From Candidatus Hadarchaeota archaeon (lineage in GTDB: Archaea; Hadarchaeota; Hadarchaeia; Hadarchaeales; JAGGTB01): DNA of 64,000 nucleotides. Positions 47,516 to 58,278 of this stretch are shown here, in pieces; positions within the stretch are counted from its first letter, which is position 1, and the number at the start of each line of letters is the position of its first letter. Location of the stretch: assembly GCA_964384105.1 (NCBI GenBank), contig CAYLJV010000001.1, positions 608,001-672,000 of the forward strand. The letters are read 5' to 3'. The position numbers and the translations under genes were made by a program. Under the pieces are notes generated by a model. That model had not been told where the DNA came from and made no database searches. It worked only from the letters and a program-made list of their open reading frames with translations.

Positions 47516-48655
47516 CTACCTTCCACTCTTAATTCTCTCTATTTTTTCTTCCAGCTCTTCCCTAATCTGGTCCCCTATATATCGCCCGGACATGGCATCT
47601 ACTCTCGCGACTATTGCAAGTTTGCCAGCCAATGCTCTGGCTATTTTTCCTCGTATGTCTTTAGGAGATCCTCGTATTTCCGGATATTGAAAAATTATAC
47701 CGTGTTTTGGAGGTTTGGCTCCTTTTTCTTTTAGTGATCTAAAGAGTGCCTTTTCAGCGCCCAATACTTGAATCGTACTTGAGGGCATTTTGGCTAGTTT
47801 CTCCAGTCCGCCCGCTTGTGATATTAATCTTGCACCGATTGGGCCGCCCACAAGGGTCTTTATATTTGGAGCTACTTGCTCCATAAGGTCTTCGAGGTAA
47901 TCGGATGTTTTGTCTCTAGCTTCTTGGAGTCTCTGAACTTTGTTGACGCAAGTTTTGATAGCTTCTATGTCTATTTCATCAAAGTCCGATCCAACCGAAT
48001 TATTTGAGGCATTTTCTATTTCCACAGCTTTCTCTTCACTTATACCTGTAGCTGTAATTTTTTCTTTCGCGAAATTCTCTCTACCTCCAAATTTAGAGAT
48101 TAAGACGAAGTATTCAGTATAGTCTGATACATGCCTTTCGAGTTCGGGAAAGTGGATACCGTACCACTCCCTGATTCTTTCATATAATGCGTTGATGGTT
48201 TTGTCAAGTTCATCCATTGTGTTTATAGTTTCGATTACTATTTTGTCCTTTTCTGAGGCTTTTTCTCTAAGATCTTTTCGGATAATTAGAATATTTACAT
48301 CTCTGAAAATTTCATTTAGATTTTCGATACCTTGTTCTTTTGCTATCTCATGTATACTGCTTCTTAATTTCAGATTTGCAGGGCTTGGAATTTTGGAACG
48401 GAAAGTTGTATTTTCGAATTCTTCATTTAGTTTTGAGGCGAGTTCGTCGGACTCGATTTCAAATTCTGTATGCCCATTTTTAATTAGTTTCTTGATTAGT
48501 TCTAGATGCTCATGTGCTAATTTACCCTTTCTAATAAGCCTTAATTTTTCGGAAATCTCTCTTACATCGGGTTTGAACATCTCTGAGTCTAATATTTCTA
48601 GGTCTTCGCTTAATGCGAATATTCCGAGTATACATTCTCCAATTTGAATAGTCAT
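47516..48655 (-). CDS. nop5: Nop5 (Nop56/58) C/D box RNP protein
   Basis: REWYG.HFPEL, APN...LVG..IGARLI..AGGL, P.STIQVLGAEKALF, PPKHG.IFQ. Confidence 0.95.
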   Translation of the reverse strand: MTIQIGECILGIFALSEDLEILDSEMFKPDVREISEKLRLIRKGKLAHEHLELIKKLIKNGHTEFEIESDELASKLNEEFENTTFRSKIPSPANLKLRSSIHEIAKEQGIENLNEIFRDVNILIIRKDLREKASEKDKIVIETINTMDELDKTINALYERIREWYGIHFPELERHVSDYTEYFVLISKFGGRENFAKEKITATGISEEKAVEIENASNNSVGSDFDEIDIEAIKTCVNKVQRLQEARDKTSDYLEDLMEQVAPNIKTLVGGPIGARLISQAGGLEKLAKMPSSTIQVLGAEKALFRSLKEKGAKPPKHGIIFQYPEIRGSPKDIRGKIARALAGKLAIVARVDAMSGRYIGDQIREELEEKIERIKSGR

Positions 48656-48881
48656 AAACTCCTCATTTCTTATTTTATTGGAAACTTTAATCTCTTGTGT
48701 TAAAAACTGTAGAAAAGACAGAGATCACACTTTTTAGACTTAGAGTGACAACAGTACTAAAATCAATCAACTGCTGAAGTGAATTTTCTGCATTAGGACT
48801 TAGTTAATAGTGTCTTTATTATTGATAGTTCCATCTGGATAACATTTGTTGGTTATGTTTTTCGATTAGTCGAATTCACGA

Positions 48882-49907
48882 CTATAATTTTTCAGATCGG
48901 AGGTCAATTGTATCGAACGTATCGGGGCCTGTTGATACTAAAGTAACTGGTATTTCCAATTTTTCTTCAACGTCTTCTATGAATTCTTTGGCTTCCTTTG
49001 TCAATTTTCCATATTCTTTAACGCTATCATTTCCGTCAAATAGTCTATCTACATTGGTTATTGCTATTTGAGTTGCTCCGTTTATCATGGCCGAACGTTT
49101 TGCTAACTCAAAATCAAACTCTCCGATTCTTCTTCTTCTACCAGTAACTGTGCCATGTTCTATAATTCCAAGTTCCTCTGCCCTTTCTTGGGATATTTCG
49201 GTTGGGAAAGGCCCTTCTCCAACTCTACTAATATAGGCTTTGAATATTACTATCACTTCATCTACGTTTGTTGGACCAACACCTAGGTCTGCTGCTAGTG
49301 AACTTGCAGTAACATCCTTACTTGTTACATAGGGGTATGTACCGAAATAAAGTGAGAGACCGAATCCTTGAGAACCTTCTATTATCACTTTTTCTTCATT
49401 TTTCAGAGCTTCATTTATTTCTCCTGGAACGTCTGTGAGATATTTTTTCAGTTCATCGATTTCTTCAGCTAGCTTAATTGATCTATTTGCTCTTTCTGAG
49501 TTCGCAGGTCCGCATCCTGTTCCGGTTGTTCCAATTTTCTCTTCGAGATGTTCCGAACTCTTGTCTTGTTCAATATGTTTCTGCTCTATTATCGGGCATT
49601 TGTAGTCGATTCCTACTCTATCTTCAATGCCTGTTTCTTCTATCTCTTTTAAAGCGACTTCGGGATTTACGAGCACTCCTGGCCCTATCAGTGTCCGAGC
49701 TTTTTCTTGAACGAAACCACAGGAAATTTCTCTAAGCCCATATTCTCTTCCATTATACTTCACGGTATGCCCTGCGTTTGGGCCAACTCCTGCCCGTCCT
49801 ATTTTTGTTGGTTCGTCTTTCAGGGCGAGATAAGAAGAGATTTTGCCTTTGCCTTCGTCGCCCCATTGACCTCCAGAAATTATTGTACAAGGCATATTTA
49901 TCCCCAC
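48882..49907 (-). CDS. purA: Adenylosuccinate synthetase (short archaeal type)
   Basis: [46 protein letters not shown]. Confidence 0.95.
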   Translation of the reverse strand: MGINMPCTIISGGQWGDEGKGKISSYLALKDEPTKIGRAGVGPNAGHTVKYNGREYGLREISCGFVQEKARTLIGPGVLVNPEVALKEIEETGIEDRVGIDYKCPIIEQKHIEQDKSSEHLEEKIGTTGTGCGPANSERANRSIKLAEEIDELKKYLTDVPGEINEALKNEEKVIIEGSQGFGLSLYFGTYPYVTSKDVTASSLAADLGVGPTNVDEVIVIFKAYISRVGEGPFPTEISQERAEELGIIEHGTVTGRRRRIGEFDFELAKRSAMINGATQIAITNVDRLFDGNDSVKEYGKLTKEAKEFIEDVEEKLEIPVTLVSTGPDTFDTIDLRSEKL

Positions 49908-50161
49908 AATTCGTATGAGGTTAAGGTTTTAACTGTTTCCATTTTTTCTTTTTCTTGTTACAACTTTTTCCCATATTATGCTGTTGCGAATTTTAATCTT
50001 TGGAATTTTTAAAGGTGTAAAATTGGGTAATGCATTATTTCTCGTCTTTTTTTGCAAGATTTGAAGTGAAAACACCCTTAAGATGAAAAGGTTTAAAAAC
50101 TTTTTTCTAATACTATATCTTGGCTAACTTAGTCCTTGAAAAATGGAAAGGAGGCGAATAA

Positions 50162-50365
50162 ATGTCTGAATTACCTATTGCGGCTGTGGATCGTATCATA
50201 AGAAAAGCAGGAGCTAAAAGAGTAAGTGAGAGTGCAGCTAGAGAACTAGCAGGAATACTTGAGGAGTACGCTATAGATATAGCAAGTGAAGCAGCAGAAC
50301 TTTCAGAACATGCTGGTCGTAAGACTGTCAGAGATTCTGATATTAGATTAGCTGCTAAAAGATAA
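50162..50365 (+). CDS. Archaeal histone (HMf family)
   Basis: ELPIAAVDRIIRKAGAKRVS...HAGRKTV...DI.LA; RBS GGAGG. Confidence 0.97.
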   Translation: MSELPIAAVDRIIRKAGAKRVSESAARELAGILEEYAIDIASEAAELSEHAGRKTVRDSDIRLAAKR

Positions 50366-50378
50366 AACTAGTTCTATA

Positions 50379-50412
50379 GTTTTTGATTTTTTTATTTTTT
50401 TTCATTTTTTTT
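50379..50412 (+). terminator. Oligo-T tract terminator after the histone gene
   Basis: Several consecutive T6-T8 runs immediately after the stop codon. Confidence 0.6.
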
Positions 50413-50496
50413 ACTACATCTAATTGACTAATTTTATTACTTTCATTGACAAAGATTAAATTCGTGTTATCGATGAAAAACAATAGGTTTTCATCT

Positions 50497-50790
50497 ATGG
50501 AGATGCCTAGGCTTTTCGATGTTTTTGATTATCCAAAAACTAAATCAGTTAGGGCGGTGACTTCTCTTCGCCAAAAAATTGATGTTGAAGAGGTTTGGAA
50601 TAGACTAGAAAAGGCAAAAAAAATAAGAACATCCAAAAAAGAAGTAGCGAAGTTCGAGGTCGGAAAAGGTCATTATTTGCTACTTTTTCCATCAGGATAC
50701 ATCCAGATTTATGCACCAAGCGAGGAACAGATACGCGAGGTTTTGAAGGTTTTTAGGGATGCTCTTTATGAAAAGGGCCTTTTTGATTGA
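50497..50790 (+). CDS. Small protein resembling a single TBP-fold domain
   Basis: VRAVTSLRQKIDVEEV ... YLLLFPSGYIQIYAPSEEQIREVL aligns by eye with the TBP repeat (IVAS.DL...LDL... ALLIFSSGK.V.TGAKS.E.....V). Start uncertain (50473/50497/50503). Confidence 0.55.
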   Translation: MEMPRLFDVFDYPKTKSVRAVTSLRQKIDVEEVWNRLEKAKKIRTSKKEVAKFEVGKGHYLLLFPSGYIQIYAPSEEQIREVLKVFRDALYEKGLFD

Positions 50791-50891
50791 TCTTTTATCC
50801 GTTTTACTGTGGAGTATGCTTTGGAAGATTGGGGCTCCTGTAAATTTGTGACCTCTAATTTTTCATGAGTCAAAGAGAAATTTTGTAATTG

Positions 50892-52781
50892 CTACTGGCT
50901 TCTCTTCTCTATTTCCTCCAAGAGGAGTTTATGGACAAGCTTTCCATCTGCTTTACCCCCTATCTCGGCCATCACTAACCCCATTAGAGCATCAGCGGCA
51001 TTTTCTCCTCTTTCTTGGATAAGATCTTCTTTTTTCTCTATTATTTTCTTAACTATTTTCTTTACTTTTTCTTTTTCCATCTTTCGTATTCCTAATTCGT
51101 CTATAGTTTTTTTCACAGGTGACCCCTTTCCTACTTTTTCTAATACTTGTGGAAGGGCGTCCTTTGAAATCACGTCTTCCGAAACCAATTTGAAGACTTT
51201 TTCTAAATCTTCGTATGTGATGTTCTCTGTTTCTATTCCGCTTCTTTTGATTTGTGTAATAGTTTGTTCTAGGGTGGTGGCTACCAGGGTGGGATCAATA
51301 TCTTTTGCGACCATCTTTTCAAAAAAAGATGCATTCTCCGAAATACTCATCTGAGTGGCGAGTTCTTCGCTTAGTCCGTACTCCTCTTGATATTTTTTCT
51401 TTTTATCTTCAGGCTTTTCAGGTAGTTGTGATTTTATCTTTTTCAATTTTTCATCAGAGATTTGGATTGGTGGCACATCAGTTTCTACATACATCCTAGC
51501 GGCTCCGGGGAGAGGTCGCATGTATTGTGTATGTCCATTTGGTAGAGCCCTTCTTGTTTCTTCGGGAACGCCTTCAAATGCTTTTTTTGCACGATCTATT
51601 ATGGCTTCCAAAGCCTTTTTCGCTTTATTCTTTTTGTCAGCAATGATTACTATTGCATCTTCTTCGGAGGCCTCTATCTCTTTCTCCAACTCATTTACTT
51701 CCTTCTCCGTGATTCCATAACCAGGTAATTCGTCTGTATGAAATATTCCTTCTACTTTTCCATAGACTTTTGCATAGTCCGATAATTCGGTTCCAAATCT
51801 ATGATCTGATATAAGTTCTTTTCCTAATAGTCCATCAAATCCATCCAGTTTTATTGCGTATACTCCTCCGTCCGAGATCGCTTTTTTGATTATTTTTGAT
51901 TCAGTTTCAGAAAATATTTCGGTGACGTCATATATTTTCTCTTCAGGTAATGCATGCCCTCTTTTTTCTAGTTCTTTTTTTATCTCGAGTAATCTGACTT
52001 GTCTTTGAACTTCTTTTTTAATCACGGTTGGAATTAACGATAGTTCCTGAACTCCTTTTATCTCTTGTCTAGCCCCAGCTTTTATGGACACGTTTACGTC
52101 TTGTCTGATGGTTCCTATACCTCTCTTAGCTTTTCCAGTTGCTCTGATAATTCTACCAATTTTTAGTGCAGCTTCTGCTGGTGTTTCTGGATCATTGAAG
52201 TCTGGACCTGTTGCAATTTCCAGTAGTGGTATTCCAAGTCTATCTAACTTGTACCTAACAAGATCCTTCTTTTCCTTGACTTTTCTAGCCGCATCTTCTT
52301 CAAGGCAGATTGTAGGTAGACTGATCTCTTTATCTCCGTGTTTTATTTTGCCATCAGTCGCTACCAGTATCGTTCTTTGAAACCCTGCTGTGTTGCTTCC
52401 ATCGATTACTGTTTTTCTCATTATATGGGCTTCATCTACTGGTTGAGAATTTAACAATAGGGAGACTTCTAAAGCAGTATTCAAAGCTTCATTATTCACA
52501 GGATGGGGTGGTTCTTCGTCTAGTTCAACCAGACAAACACTACTTGGATGAACTTCGTATTGGAATCTCTTACTTTTCGCTTCTTCTGCTAGTGCAGCTC
52601 TGTCTATTTCACCTAATTCACTTTCAGTAGGTCTAAGTTCTCTGTTAACGATCATCGAGGGGTCTTCGTCCGTTAGATCAGACGGACAGTCACAGAAAAG
52701 CTTCTTAGTATCTAATTCCTGGTGTATTTCGAATCCGACTTTTAATCCAAGTTCTTTGTAGTTATTTTCTTCCAATTCCAC
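50892..52781 (-). CDS. gatE: Glu-tRNA(Gln) amidotransferase subunit E
   Basis: GLKVGFEIHQEL.T.KLFC, MRK.VIDGSNT.GFQRT, LDRLGIPL.EI.T, RGIGTIRQD, RPLPGAARMY.ETD. Confidence 0.96.
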   Translation of the reverse strand: MELEENNYKELGLKVGFEIHQELDTKKLFCDCPSDLTDEDPSMIVNRELRPTESELGEIDRAALAEEAKSKRFQYEVHPSSVCLVELDEEPPHPVNNEALNTALEVSLLLNSQPVDEAHIMRKTVIDGSNTAGFQRTILVATDGKIKHGDKEISLPTICLEEDAARKVKEKKDLVRYKLDRLGIPLLEIATGPDFNDPETPAEAALKIGRIIRATGKAKRGIGTIRQDVNVSIKAGARQEIKGVQELSLIPTVIKKEVQRQVRLLEIKKELEKRGHALPEEKIYDVTEIFSETESKIIKKAISDGGVYAIKLDGFDGLLGKELISDHRFGTELSDYAKVYGKVEGIFHTDELPGYGITEKEVNELEKEIEASEEDAIVIIADKKNKAKKALEAIIDRAKKAFEGVPEETRRALPNGHTQYMRPLPGAARMYVETDVPPIQISDEKLKKIKSQLPEKPEDKKKKYQEEYGLSEELATQMSISENASFFEKMVAKDIDPTLVATTLEQTITQIKRSGIETENITYEDLEKVFKLVSEDVISKDALPQVLEKVGKGSPVKKTIDELGIRKMEKEKVKKIVKKIIEKKEDLIQERGENAADALMGLVMAEIGGKADGKLVHKLLLEEIEKRSQ

Positions 52782-52784
52782 ACC

Positions 52785-54110
52785 CTATATTTCTTGTTTT
52801 GGATAAGTATCTGGTAGAGTTCTAGATGTTATCTCTCCTGCGATATTTTGTGTCATTAATGATTCAATCTCTTCCAAATCTTGAGTTTTATCTAGTACCC
52901 ACATCAGCTTTACATAGGCAGTCTCAGGTAACATATCTTCTACAGGAAGAACCCCAAATTCTAACAAATCTCTGCCAGAGGAGTAAACTCTCATATTTGT
53001 TCGGCCCCAGATACACTGTGAAGTCATGACGACCGGTATTTTCTTTTCTATTGCTTTTTTGATTCCAGAATACAATGATTCAGGAGTATGACCCAATCCA
53101 GTTCCTTCCAGAACTATCCCCTTATAGTTCCTGTCAAGTAAATTTTCAATAATTTCACTTTGGATGTTTGGAAATACTTTGACAAGGGCTACTTTTTCTT
53201 CAAAACCGTCTTTTATCTTGACCTTCCCTTTGTTATCCCTACCTCGTTTTTCTTGGAAGAATCTCACTTTAGTTCCTTCAACTTCCCCCAAAGGTTGGCA
53301 ATTTATACTCTGAAAAGCATCTCTTCTGCTGGTGTGACATTTTCTTACTTTAGTCCCTCTATGAATAAAACAGGTTTTATCTTCGGTTGAGCTATGCATG
53401 ACAACACAAACTTCACCTATATCTGAAATCGCTGTTGAAACTGCTCCAGTGAGATTGAGAGTAGCATCGCTACTTGGTCTGTCCGAAGACCTTTGGGAGC
53501 CTACAAGAACAACAGGTTTCGTGAGATTATTTAGCATGAAACTGAGTGCTGAAGCAGTATATCCCATAGTGTCGGTACCATGAGCTATTACTACGCCCTG
53601 TGCTCCTTTGTTTAACTCTTCTGCTACCGCATTGCCTATTTTGGACCAGATTTTTGGAGACATATTCTCACTTAAGACGTTGCATACTGTTTTGGTTGTA
53701 ACGTTTGCTATTTCGGCGACTTTAGGAGCAGAATTGTAAATTTCCTCTGGAGAAAATGCGGGATGAACCGCCCCAGTTCGATAATCAATTCGAGAGGCTA
53801 CAGTTCCACCCGTTCCGATTATTGTAATTTGTGGTTTATCTTTCGATGTCTTTACTAGTGGTGTTTTTTTTTCTATTTTTGCTTCCTTGCCTTCCTTGAT
53901 CTTCTCTAGCTTGATATTCTCGTCAACCTTGATCCCTATATTATAACCATTGTCCAGTTTCAACGTAATATGTTCTGATCCTTTTCCTTCAGTCCTTGGC
54001 ATCAAAATACCGTTGAAAACTTGAGAATCTCGCTTTACTTTTATTCGATCTCCAGGTGTGGCCGATATCGATTCTAATAACTCTCTGCTTTTTCTTCCAT
54101 ACCCATTCAT
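52785..54110 (-). CDS. gatD: Glu-tRNA(Gln) amidotransferase subunit D
   Basis: KLDNGYNIG, TGGTVASRIDYRTGAV, HGTDT, GSQRSSDRPSSD, HTSRRDAF. Confidence 0.96.
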   Translation of the reverse strand: MNGYGRKSRELLESISATPGDRIKVKRDSQVFNGILMPRTEGKGSEHITLKLDNGYNIGIKVDENIKLEKIKEGKEAKIEKKTPLVKTSKDKPQITIIGTGGTVASRIDYRTGAVHPAFSPEEIYNSAPKVAEIANVTTKTVCNVLSENMSPKIWSKIGNAVAEELNKGAQGVVIAHGTDTMGYTASALSFMLNNLTKPVVLVGSQRSSDRPSSDATLNLTGAVSTAISDIGEVCVVMHSSTEDKTCFIHRGTKVRKCHTSRRDAFQSINCQPLGEVEGTKVRFFQEKRGRDNKGKVKIKDGFEEKVALVKVFPNIQSEIIENLLDRNYKGIVLEGTGLGHTPESLYSGIKKAIEKKIPVVMTSQCIWGRTNMRVYSSGRDLLEFGVLPVEDMLPETAYVKLMWVLDKTQDLEEIESLMTQNIAGEITSRTLPDTYPKQEI

Positions 54111-54170
54111 ACAAATTCCTAATCAAGAATAGTGATAGAAAGGTTTAACTTTTAGTGAATCTCTTTGTAA

Positions 54171-56111
54171 TTATTCTTCGAGGTCAAAAGGTGAGATGTA
54201 ATCTCCGTATTCATCTCTTGCATTTTTTAGCCTTTCTCTCTGTTTTTTTATCTCTGAAAAGAGTTTTTTAGGTACGTCTTTTACATCGCTTGAGTAAATC
54301 TGCTCTACTCTTTCTAACTTTGAGAGGTGTTGTGGGACCCTTATTGTGAATTGTTTTTCATAATCTTCCTTAGAGTATTTTTTTCCTAGAACTTTATCGA
54401 ATAACTTTTTTAGATCATTGTATTTTGGTATGAAGCCGGTTGGTGTTTCGATTGCATCGACTTCATTGTGAGTTCTGAGTTCCATCCATTTTAGCCAAAC
54501 TTTTTTGTCGTGCATACCATTTAGATAATTTCCATTTTCATCTTTTAGGAAATAGTTGGCCGAGAAGATTGAGGGGGGGTCGTTTAATTTCTTACCGAAT
54601 TCGATTTGATTTTCAATGTATTTACCGATAGAGATTGATAGGAAATCTAAGTTTGACATTGGATTGAATCTTCTAGAGCCGCTTTTTCCGAGAGTGGCTG
54701 ATGTGGTTTCGGATTCTAATAAGGCTCCTTTGGTTAGAATTCCGTGATCCCAATTGTAAGCTTCTTCTACTGGTACCCAAGTGTCTGAGTCACGCCCACC
54801 GTAAATTATCCCGTCAAGTTTCACACCATCGGGGTTCTCTAGATTAGGGTCCTTTATTTCTAAATCCGAAATTCTTAGAGTATATCTTGCATTTCGATGT
54901 GATGGATCTATCAATTCTCCGTTTGAGTCTTTCTTCCCTTTGTACCATTTGCCCGAATGGTTTATACCTTCATCAGGGATCTCCTTTCCCATTCCTATCC
55001 AGTAGGGAACACCATTTTTCACTAGAACATTAGTAAATATGACTTCACCAGGAGTAGTGACAACTCTCCAGATTACGGGGTCGTCTTCGGGATTAACATC
55101 TCTTATGATCCCGAATATTCCATTTTCGGGATTTACTGCTCTTACTTCGTTATCGATCTCTCTCAAGTATGCGATATCATCTCCAATTAGAGTTGAATCT
55201 TTTGACATAGCAGTGGAGGTTTTACCACATGCAGAAGGGTAAGCCCCACTGAAGTAAGTGATTCTATCTCCTGGTCCTTTCACACCCATGATGAACATGT
55301 GTTCTGTGAGCCAACCTTCTTCAGAAGCTTTCTTTATAGCCAGTCGCATGGATAGCTTCTTGTTGCCAATAGTATTTCCGCCGTATTGGGTATTTGTGGA
55401 GAACACAATTTTATCATCTATATCCGTGTAGATTCTTCTTTTGTCAATGTTTTTAGAGACGTTGTTTTCTAGAACTCCGGCTGAATGTACAAATTTAAAG
55501 AAGTCTTTTTCGCTTTCAAATTCTTTCCTTTTGAATAACTTGTATCCATCCCGGTATAATATGTCTTCAGCATGAGCTACATATGCAGAATCCGTGAATT
55601 GTAGAGAAGGGATTGAGAATTCCGATTTTTTTGGACCAAGACAGAAAAAGCAGATAAAAGCTTCTTTTCCTTCCATTATGTTTTCTAAATATTTATGGAT
55701 TTCATTAAGGCCTTTGCTTCTATCTATAGAATTGAATTGCGGTCCTATGTCTTTTCCAGGAGGGAATAGGAATTTAGTATTTTCTTTATCTCTCGCTTGA
55801 TCGTTGTAGCCATCATAATGAACTGTGTGACCCTCCTTCTTCAGTTTCTTTTCTTCTCCTCTTTCCAGAGACTTTTTTCTTATATATTCTGCATCCTCAT
55901 TTGAATTTGATCTAACAAATACAGAATCGGGATTACAGTGTTTTACATATTTAGCTACAAAGTCAATGACTTCTGGACTGTTGAGCTCCAACAATTTTTC
56001 GAATCCGGCATCTCCACATTTTTTCCTTAGTAGTTTCTCTTCATTTTCCACCTTGGGTAGAAGTCCTGTTCTTATTAGACTTTTTTTAGCTTCTTTTGCT
56101 GTTTTGGTCAT
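54171..56111 (-). CDS. pckG: Phosphoenolpyruvate carboxykinase (GTP)
   Basis: QFTDSAYV, YGGN.IG.KK, WL.EHM, GAYPSACGKT, GDDIA, NPE.G.FG, H.NARY, IYGGRD. Confidence 0.94.
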   Translation of the reverse strand: MTKTAKEAKKSLIRTGLLPKVENEEKLLRKKCGDAGFEKLLELNSPEVIDFVAKYVKHCNPDSVFVRSNSNEDAEYIRKKSLERGEEKKLKKEGHTVHYDGYNDQARDKENTKFLFPPGKDIGPQFNSIDRSKGLNEIHKYLENIMEGKEAFICFFCLGPKKSEFSIPSLQFTDSAYVAHAEDILYRDGYKLFKRKEFESEKDFFKFVHSAGVLENNVSKNIDKRRIYTDIDDKIVFSTNTQYGGNTIGNKKLSMRLAIKKASEEGWLTEHMFIMGVKGPGDRITYFSGAYPSACGKTSTAMSKDSTLIGDDIAYLREIDNEVRAVNPENGIFGIIRDVNPEDDPVIWRVVTTPGEVIFTNVLVKNGVPYWIGMGKEIPDEGINHSGKWYKGKKDSNGELIDPSHRNARYTLRISDLEIKDPNLENPDGVKLDGIIYGGRDSDTWVPVEEAYNWDHGILTKGALLESETTSATLGKSGSRRFNPMSNLDFLSISIGKYIENQIEFGKKLNDPPSIFSANYFLKDENGNYLNGMHDKKVWLKWMELRTHNEVDAIETPTGFIPKYNDLKKLFDKVLGKKYSKEDYEKQFTIRVPQHLSKLERVEQIYSSDVKDVPKKLFSEIKKQRERLKNARDEYGDYISPFDLEE

Positions 56112-56182
56112 TTTATCTCCAACTTTTTTCTTATCTTTTACCTTTCCTACTACCTAAAAGGTAAAGGTTTAAATGGTTTATG

Positions 56183-56197
56183 TTAACAAAATGTTAA
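56183..56197. promoter_or_regulatory. Inverted repeat TTAACA-AAA-TGTTAA just upstream of the Lrp gene
   Basis: Perfect 15-bp palindrome with an AT-rich centre, between a TATA-like TTTAAA (56168) and the ATG (56202). Confidence 0.5.
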
Positions 56198-56201
56198 GTG
56201 T

Positions 56202-56666
56202 ATGAAAAGACTGGATGAAGATATATTATTACAACTTTTAGAAGATGCGGAACAACCTGTCGTCGACATAGCAGATAAGGTGGGAGCCTCTAGACAGACA
56301 GTTTCAAAAAAGATTGATCAATTTAAAGAAGAAGGAATAATAGAAAATTTCAAAGTTAAAGTAAATCCCGATAAGTTGGGACTGAAGGTTAGAGCTTTCG
56401 TTTTTCTTCAAGAGGATCCAAAGGACGATATGAGAAAGGAAATTCAGGAAAAAATCAACAACTTTACTCAAGTTACTGAGTTTTTGAGGGTTTTTGGCAG
56501 GTATAGTGGTATATTAGAAGTTTGGACAAAAGATAAAGAGGAATTGACCTCTTTAGTAAAAAATATTCATAATTTGGAAGGAGTAAAAGAGACAGAAACT
56601 TTCATAGTTCACGACGTGATAAAAAGCAAAGCGGAAGATCCTTTGATAGAAGTCCTGAGAGAATAA
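56202..56666 (+). CDS. Lrp/AsnC-family transcriptional regulator
   Basis: LDEDIL..L..DA......IA.KVG.S..TV...I....EEGII HTH, plus RAM domain (FGRY, GV..TET). Confidence 0.92.
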   Translation: MKRLDEDILLQLLEDAEQPVVDIADKVGASRQTVSKKIDQFKEEGIIENFKVKVNPDKLGLKVRAFVFLQEDPKDDMRKEIQEKINNFTQVTEFLRVFGRYSGILEVWTKDKEELTSLVKNIHNLEGVKETETFIVHDVIKSKAEDPLIEVLRE

Positions 56667-56673
56667 TCTGGTT

Positions 56674-58278
56674 TTATATGTTCTTGGCCATATATGGCCC
56701 CTCTAGTTTGTACCCGAATTTCCTGTAGTAAGGCCTTGTTCCTATTCCTGATAGTATATACATTTTATTTGAGTCATAATTTTCTGAGGCTATTTTTTCT
56801 GCTTCTACGAGCATCCTTTTTCCTAACCCTATATGTTGCCATGCATTATCATGAGAATCCTCGCCGACCGAAACTAGTTCACCAAAAACGTATAGCATTC
56901 TGATGAGAGAGGTATCTTCAGAGATCTCTTTTTGATGTGCGTGTTCTGAAGGTATCCTCAATCGTAAATGTCCAAAAATAAGATCATTCTTAAGATCTTC
57001 AAGGGAGATAAAAATTTCTTTTCCTTCGGAAGCTTCATAATTTTCTACAATTAGCTCTATATTCGAAGGATCAGGTTCTACCTTTTCTTTTAACATTTTG
57101 TGGCCAACTTCTCTACATCTGATACACTTACATTTTTCGCCTTCTTTGGCAAGCTTTTTTTTGGCAATATTTCGAATATTTCCTTTTTTTACTCCCGCTT
57201 CTATTAAGCCAGAGGGAATATCCCTTTGTATTCTTTGTATCCTTGTCCATCTTGGGATTTTTTTCTTAATTTCAGAGATTAGGTCTACCGCTTCCTGCCC
57301 GTCTAGTGGATCGAATTTGCCTGATTTCCATAATTCATGAAGTTTTGTGCCTTTTGTAACGAGACAAGGGTATATTTTCAACATATCGGGACGAAACTCG
57401 GGTTTATCAAAAATAGTTTCAAAGGCTTCTAAGTCTCTTTGAGGAGATGATCCGGGTAGTCCAGGCATCATATGGTATACTATCGCAAGACCCGCATCTT
57501 TAGCGATTCTAGTAGCTTCGATTACGTCATCGACAGTATGCTCACGATTTATTATTTTGTAGATGTCATTGTAGATCGTTTGAACTCCGAGTTCTACTCG
57601 AGTACCTCCAAATCTGAGCATTTGGTCCACGTGATTTTCTTTTGAGTAGTCCGGACGGGTTTCGAAAGTTATCCCGATAGTTCTTATATTCGCGTTTTCT
57701 GCTTTCCTTTTTGCAGTCTCTAGGTCTGGGGTTTCTATTTCGGAAATCTCATCGATACAGGCGTGCATAAATTCCTCTTGGTACTCAAGCGGTTGAGCAA
57801 GAAATGTTCCACCAAATATTATCAGTTCGACTTTGTCAACTTTATGTCCAATAGCTCTTAATTGGGATTTCCTCATTTGAATCTGCTTTTTTGGATCGTA
57901 ATCTGCGTTTAAGGCCCTTGCTGATGCGGGTTCCTTACCTGTATAACTTTGAGGTGTATTCTCAGCTGGACCGCCTGGACAGTAGATACAAGGTTTATCT
58001 TTTGGACATTCGTATGGCTTTGGCATCACGGTTATAACTGTGACACCAGAAATAGACCTAACAGGTTTTTTGCGAAGGATTTGAACTGCATTATCCTTTT
58101 CTTCTTCATTTGCAATATCTAAAATCTCGGCGTTGCTAGGAACTTTAGGTAGATTAAAGGCTTTGCTTTTACGTCTCTTGGCTTTTTCTAACTCTCCCTT
58201 ATCCGAAATTTCGCCGGCTAGGATATCTTCTAACAATTTTCTTTTTACTTGTCTCATCGCTTTGGAATTAGTCATCAT
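56674..58278 (-). CDS. elp3: Elp3 tRNA U34 carboxymethyltransferase (radical SAM + KAT)
   Basis: RSISGV, CPKDKPCIYCPGG, QSYTG.EP, ETRPD, ELGVQ, KIYP, RIQRDIP, CIRCRE, QH.GLG. Confidence 0.95.
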   Translation of the reverse strand: MMTNSKAMRQVKRKLLEDILAGEISDKGELEKAKRRKSKAFNLPKVPSNAEILDIANEEEKDNAVQILRKKPVRSISGVTVITVMPKPYECPKDKPCIYCPGGPAENTPQSYTGKEPASARALNADYDPKKQIQMRKSQLRAIGHKVDKVELIIFGGTFLAQPLEYQEEFMHACIDEISEIETPDLETAKRKAENANIRTIGITFETRPDYSKENHVDQMLRFGGTRVELGVQTIYNDIYKIINREHTVDDVIEATRIAKDAGLAIVYHMMPGLPGSSPQRDLEAFETIFDKPEFRPDMLKIYPCLVTKGTKLHELWKSGKFDPLDGQEAVDLISEIKKKIPRWTRIQRIQRDIPSGLIEAGVKKGNIRNIAKKKLAKEGEKCKCIRCREVGHKMLKEKVEPDPSNIELIVENYEASEGKEIFISLEDLKNDLIFGHLRLRIPSEHAHQKEISEDTSLIRMLYVFGELVSVGEDSHDNAWQHIGLGKRMLVEAEKIASENYDSNKMYILSGIGTRPYYRKFGYKLEGPYMAKNI

